From: Pseudomonas phage JB8
Direction: 5' to 3' (one strand)
DNA length: 47,273 nucleotides
Sequence record: PQ473534.1
The notes under the pieces are model-generated. The model was not told the origin of the DNA. It saw nothing but the letters and a program-made list of their open reading frames with translations, and did not search any database. The first letter of the stretch is position 1. Every line of letters begins with the position of its first letter. The position numbers and the translations under genes are program-made. This document shows, one piece after another, positions 44,760 to 47,273 of the stretch.

Positions 44760-45042
44760 GGTGTCCCTCGCTGTCCTTTTTGGACACGTAATTGCGGATA
44801 TACCAATGGTTGAACAACATTTGAGCCCGGTCTGCCATAACAATCTGGGACACACCAAGCTGCACAACAAACCAGCCATCGTCGGCCAGTTCGTCGAAAG
44901 GCATGGCAGTGTCGCACGTCAGGCAATAGAGCAGGTGATGGCCCTGAGGTTTGAAATACAGGAAATTGGCCGTAGATTCCGGGTGATAGGAATAGAATCG
45001 GCCAGATTCCAACTGATGTTTGCTCAGGTTGTTACGCGGCAT
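44734..45042 (-). CDS. hypothetical protein (102 aa)
   Basis: Start at the ATG at 45042, overlapping the previous stop. Confidence 0.45.
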   Translation of the reverse strand: MPRNNLSKHQLESGRFYSYHPESTANFLYFKPQGHHLLYCLTCDTAMPFDELADDGWFVVQLGVSQIVMADRAQMLFNHWYIRNYVSKKDSEGHHGQVRDDN

Positions 45043-45235
45043 GATGAAACTCCCGGTTTTCAATGGCGACAACGATATTACCTTTTACAGGCACAACCGA
45101 GCCGTCCCATTGCAGTTTGTTGAACGTGTGAACGTGAATAACGGCCACCAAAAGAGCGCCGTTACTCGACCATGCACAATGATAGGCAACATCTTCGTCA
45201 CCGATACGGCAAACAGTCCCGGTTTTATCACACAT
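45032..45235 (-). CDS. hypothetical protein (67 aa)
   Basis: ATGTGA overlap with the upstream micro-ORF. Confidence 0.4.
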   Translation of the reverse strand: MCDKTGTVCRIGDEDVAYHCAWSSNGALLVAVIHVHTFNKLQWDGSVVPVKGNIVVAIENREFHHAA

Positions 45236-45344
45236 AAATTAACCCCTTGCCCCAAGGGCAATGCTCAGAGTCATGACCTATGCGCCCACACAAACAGCAA
45301 ACATCGGCGCGATTTTGTACTATGACGATTCTCAGGATACGCAT
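45228..45344 (-). CDS. micro-ORF (38 aa) MRILRIVIVQNRADVCCLCGRIGHDSEHCPWGKGLIYV; first ORF after the early control region
   Basis: AGAGGG RBS 7 nt before the ATG. Cys/His cluster. The upstream part of the track ORF was rejected because it spans a terminator hairpin. Confidence 0.25.
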   Translation of the reverse strand: MRILRIVIVQNRADVCCLCGRIGHDSEHCPWGKGLIYV

Positions 45345-45358
45345 GGCGTTACCCTCTA

Positions 45359-45376
45359 TGTTACAAATTTGTAACA
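45359..45376. promoter_or_regulatory. 18-bp perfect palindrome TGTTACAAATTTGTAACA: candidate operator for a dimeric DNA-binding protein
   Basis: Read directly; the reverse complement is identical. Lies 15 nt upstream of the first early micro-ORF, between a terminator and the early gene block. Unique in the window. Confidence 0.55.
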
Positions 45377-45409
45377 CTTTCCTTTTGTCGACACACTGCT
45401 CGGATGCAA

Positions 45410-45455
45410 TGTGCCCACAAAAAGAAAACCCCCACGGATTAACCGCAGGGGTTTT
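45410..45455 (-). terminator. rho-independent terminator (minus strand) after the 178-aa gene
   Basis: Minus strand: AAAACCCC-tgcggttaatccgt-GGGGGTTTT followed by CTTTTTGTGGG. Stem at plus 45425-45433 / 45448-45455. Confidence 0.6.
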
Positions 45456-45472
45456 CAACCACCGGCGCCGGG

Positions 45473-46009
45473 TTAGGCTGCCTTGGTTTCGACCGGCAGA
45501 GCGAGGATCGCCTGGAGACGATCATCTGCGGGCAGTTCGCCCTTTTCGGCCAGCTTGCGCAGCTTCGACTGCATGATGCTGATGAACTTGTCCGGGTTGA
45601 ACGCCTCGTCCGGCGACTTTTCGGGGACGAACTTGAACCACGGTTTCGACACGGCGGTTTCCATATCGGTTTTCTTGCTGCCGTCGAACAGCAACGGACG
45701 GTCGCCCTTCGTTTCCTTGTCCATGTTCACCTGTACCATGGACACGCCGAGGAAGAACGCCACCAGCGCGTTGCGCCGCATACCTTGCGGCATTGCCTTG
45801 TAGAGCTTGATCGCCAGGGAAACTTCCCGGTGCTTGTCGATGTGAGCGACGATGGAAAGGGCAGCCAGTTGGATATCCTTGTCCAGCTTCGCGCCCCGGT
45901 TGCCGATGGATTCGATAGCCTTTTCGATTGCCGGCTTGTCCATCAGTTTCGGGATGGCGGGAGATGCTGGGATAGCCGATGCAGCTTGTTTGTTTGCTTT
46001 GTTGACCAT
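45473..46009 (-). CDS. hypothetical protein (178 aa) in a GC-rich islet
   Basis: ORF with ~60% GC against a ~52% genome average. Followed by its own terminator. Confidence 0.55.
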   Translation of the reverse strand: MVNKANKQAASAIPASPAIPKLMDKPAIEKAIESIGNRGAKLDKDIQLAALSIVAHIDKHREVSLAIKLYKAMPQGMRRNALVAFFLGVSMVQVNMDKETKGDRPLLFDGSKKTDMETAVSKPWFKFVPEKSPDEAFNPDKFISIMQSKLRKLAEKGELPADDRLQAILALPVETKAA

Positions 46010-46034
46010 GATATTACCCTCTATTCACATTTGA

Positions 46035-46361
46035 TTAACGACGCTTGGTTTGCTTACCATTCGCCGGCTTGTTACCGGGTTCCCACATATCACCGAGGGA
46101 CCGGTCGTCGCGCCTTTGCCACAAGTGACTTTGATCCATCTTGCGGCTGAACTCGTGATGCACGCCGAACCTTTCGATATAGCTGGCTCGCCGTTGGGCG
46201 TAGTGGTATTGCGCCCTGATTCGGTCACACTTAACAACATTACCGTTGACGCGAATCTCAGATTCACCCAGCAAGCGCGCCTTGTCACCATTGCGGCGCA
46301 GCTTGTTACGCATGTTGCGCCTTGCTTGTTTAGCCAAATGGCGCTGTTGCTTACTGTCCAT
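46035..46361 (-). CDS. very basic Arg/Lys-rich protein (~108 aa), nucleic-acid-binding candidate; GC-rich
   Basis: Start placed at the ATG at 46361 (GGGGA RBS); the track ORF extends to 46385. MDSKQQRHLAKQARRNMRNKLRRNGDKARLL... Confidence 0.4.
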   Translation of the reverse strand: MDSKQQRHLAKQARRNMRNKLRRNGDKARLLGESEIRVNGNVVKCDRIRAQYHYAQRRASYIERFGVHHEFSRKMDQSHLWQRRDDRSLGDMWEPGNKPANGKQTKRR

Positions 46362-46385
46362 GGTTTCATCCCCATTAGGAATCAT

Positions 46386-47273
46386 CAGACGGGCTTGCTT
46401 TCTCCCGTTACCATGGTTTTGTGTGATAGCGTAGGCTGTTTCGGCGTGTCCTCCTATCTACTCGTGCCGGATCATCCGATCTGTCCCCAGCACCCCTCGA
46501 TAGGTATCTGCCTAACCTTGTCATTCGGTCAGCCTTCTATCTGCCTAGGTCCAGTCCTTTCGGCGTCCCCTAGGTTTGCCGTTAACGTTCGGTACTCACG
46601 CCAGCGATACAGGGGGCTTGTCAGGCCGCTGGTGATCCCCTACCGGATTAGCTCCCGGCAAAGCACCCGACTGTCGCGATACGGGCAAGCGCTACGCCAG
46701 TTCCCTCCGATCTGTACCGTTGCCCTTTGAGCTAAGCCCTTGGGGTCGTTACGAATCATTGGCTAGGGGGCTGACCCTAGGTGCCTCGATACGTCTGAGA
46801 CACACGGTCACTATACATGATCCATCGCCTTGCATAATACCGATTTGTTCTAAACCTAAGGCTTTCTATAACTACCCAATGTTCCCCCTTCACGATGATG
46901 AACCGGGCATGCGCGTTAGCATGAAACACTAGGTTACGTCTATAGGGTAGTAGACCATTGTGTTTACTACATGGTCCCTTCTTATAACCAATACCATTAT
47001 GTTTCACGGAATCTCGTGGAACCACCTCAAGCATAAGCCCCCTAGGATGCTCAAGGTTAAACGCTAGGTTAACCCTATGCCTAGCCATACCCTAAACCAA
47101 TCGTTGATTTGTAGTGCTATCTAGGGGCTTACAATTGGTTAGCATACTATCGATAGTAACCCTTGGATCACCCCTCTAGATCACCCTGGAAGTCTTGACC
47201 AGTGGGGCTTAACCCATGGTTGGGATGGGTAGCCTTGTGTACTAATACCTTGGGCACAAATACCTTGGGTGAT
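46386..47273. other. non-coding repeat-rich genome-end region (continues into 1-454)
   Basis: No convincing ORF; track ORFs here have odd composition. Contains many short direct repeats: CCTAGG/CCTAGGG, GGGGCTTAAC/GGGGCTTACA, GGTTAGCA, ATACCTTGGG x2 at 47245-47270. Confidence 0.5.

Noticed and set aside
45228-45458. 76-aa track ORF upstream of the early genes
   Set aside because: Its first 38 codons run through the terminator hairpin and the 18-bp palindrome. Only the distal 38-aa part, which has its own RBS, is kept, at low confidence.
46777-47088. 103-aa minus-strand ORF in the terminal region (also 46050-46730 on the plus strand, 226 aa)
   Set aside because: They sit in the repeat-dense non-coding end, have no RBS, and are rich in Arg/His/Pro/Ser with low-complexity frames. 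The 226-aa plus ORF is antisense to the GC-rich basic-protein gene.
1-47273. CRISPR arrays, integrase / attachment sites, transposases
   Set aside because: None found. No array of evenly spaced repeats, no tyrosine/serine recombinase motifs, no inverted-repeat-flanked transposase. The gene content is that of a strictly lytic phage.

Overview
This 47.3-kb window reads as a complete or near-complete genome of a tailed, podovirus-like dsDNA phage with no phage RNA polymerase gene. Its gene content is T7-supergroup-like: TerS, TerL, portal, scaffold, capsid, tail fiber and ejection proteins, plus a gp4-like primase-helicase, a family-A DNA polymerase, a gp2.5-like SSB, a 5'-3' exonuclease and a T7 endonuclease I homolog. 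It is organised as two convergent transcription arms. The plus strand (~455-22238) carries packaging, lysis and virion structural genes. The minus strand (~46361 down to 22278) carries early and DNA-metabolism genes. The arms meet at a bidirectional rho-independent terminator (~22244-22278).

The two ends of the window (1-454 and 46386-47273) are non-coding and dense with short direct repeats of the ACCTTGRG / GGTTAGCA family. These repeats run continuously across the end-to-start junction. The window therefore looks like an arbitrarily opened circular assembly or a collapsed terminal repeat.

The most unusual content is an ~8-kb minus-strand island (33300-41100). It encodes two glutamine-synthetase-fold amidoligases (YbdK/GCS2-like), a class-II glutamine amidotransferase / N-terminal-nucleophile (Ntn) hydrolase fused to a zinc ribbon, a RimK-like ATP-grasp ligase, an AIG2/gamma-glutamyl-cyclotransferase-fold (GGCT) protein, and three unknown proteins. 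This is the gene combination that comparative genomics associates with peptide or amino-acid ligation chemistry (amidoligase neighbourhoods). As far as I know it is uncharacterised in phages.

Other notable items:
- The DNA polymerase is split by a 1.4-kb insertion carrying an HNH endonuclease and a HAD-like phosphatase.
- An AT-rich gene for a CCA/polyA-polymerase-type nucleotidyltransferase sits beside a calcineurin-like phosphoesterase, a possible tRNA 3'-end repair module.
- A PF04447-like pyrophosphohydrolase domain and a MazG-like protein are encoded as separate genes.
- An 18-bp perfect palindrome lies in the early control region.
- There are two host-like GC-rich gene islets.
- Lysis genes are dispersed: a GH24 lysozyme, a u-spanin-like lipoprotein overlapping terminase, and holin/Rz-like membrane proteins inside the tail cluster.
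- At the end of the replication arm sits a chain of four small genes, the first three junctions being ATGA overlaps.

All functional calls rest on motifs I could read in the translations. None is database-verified.
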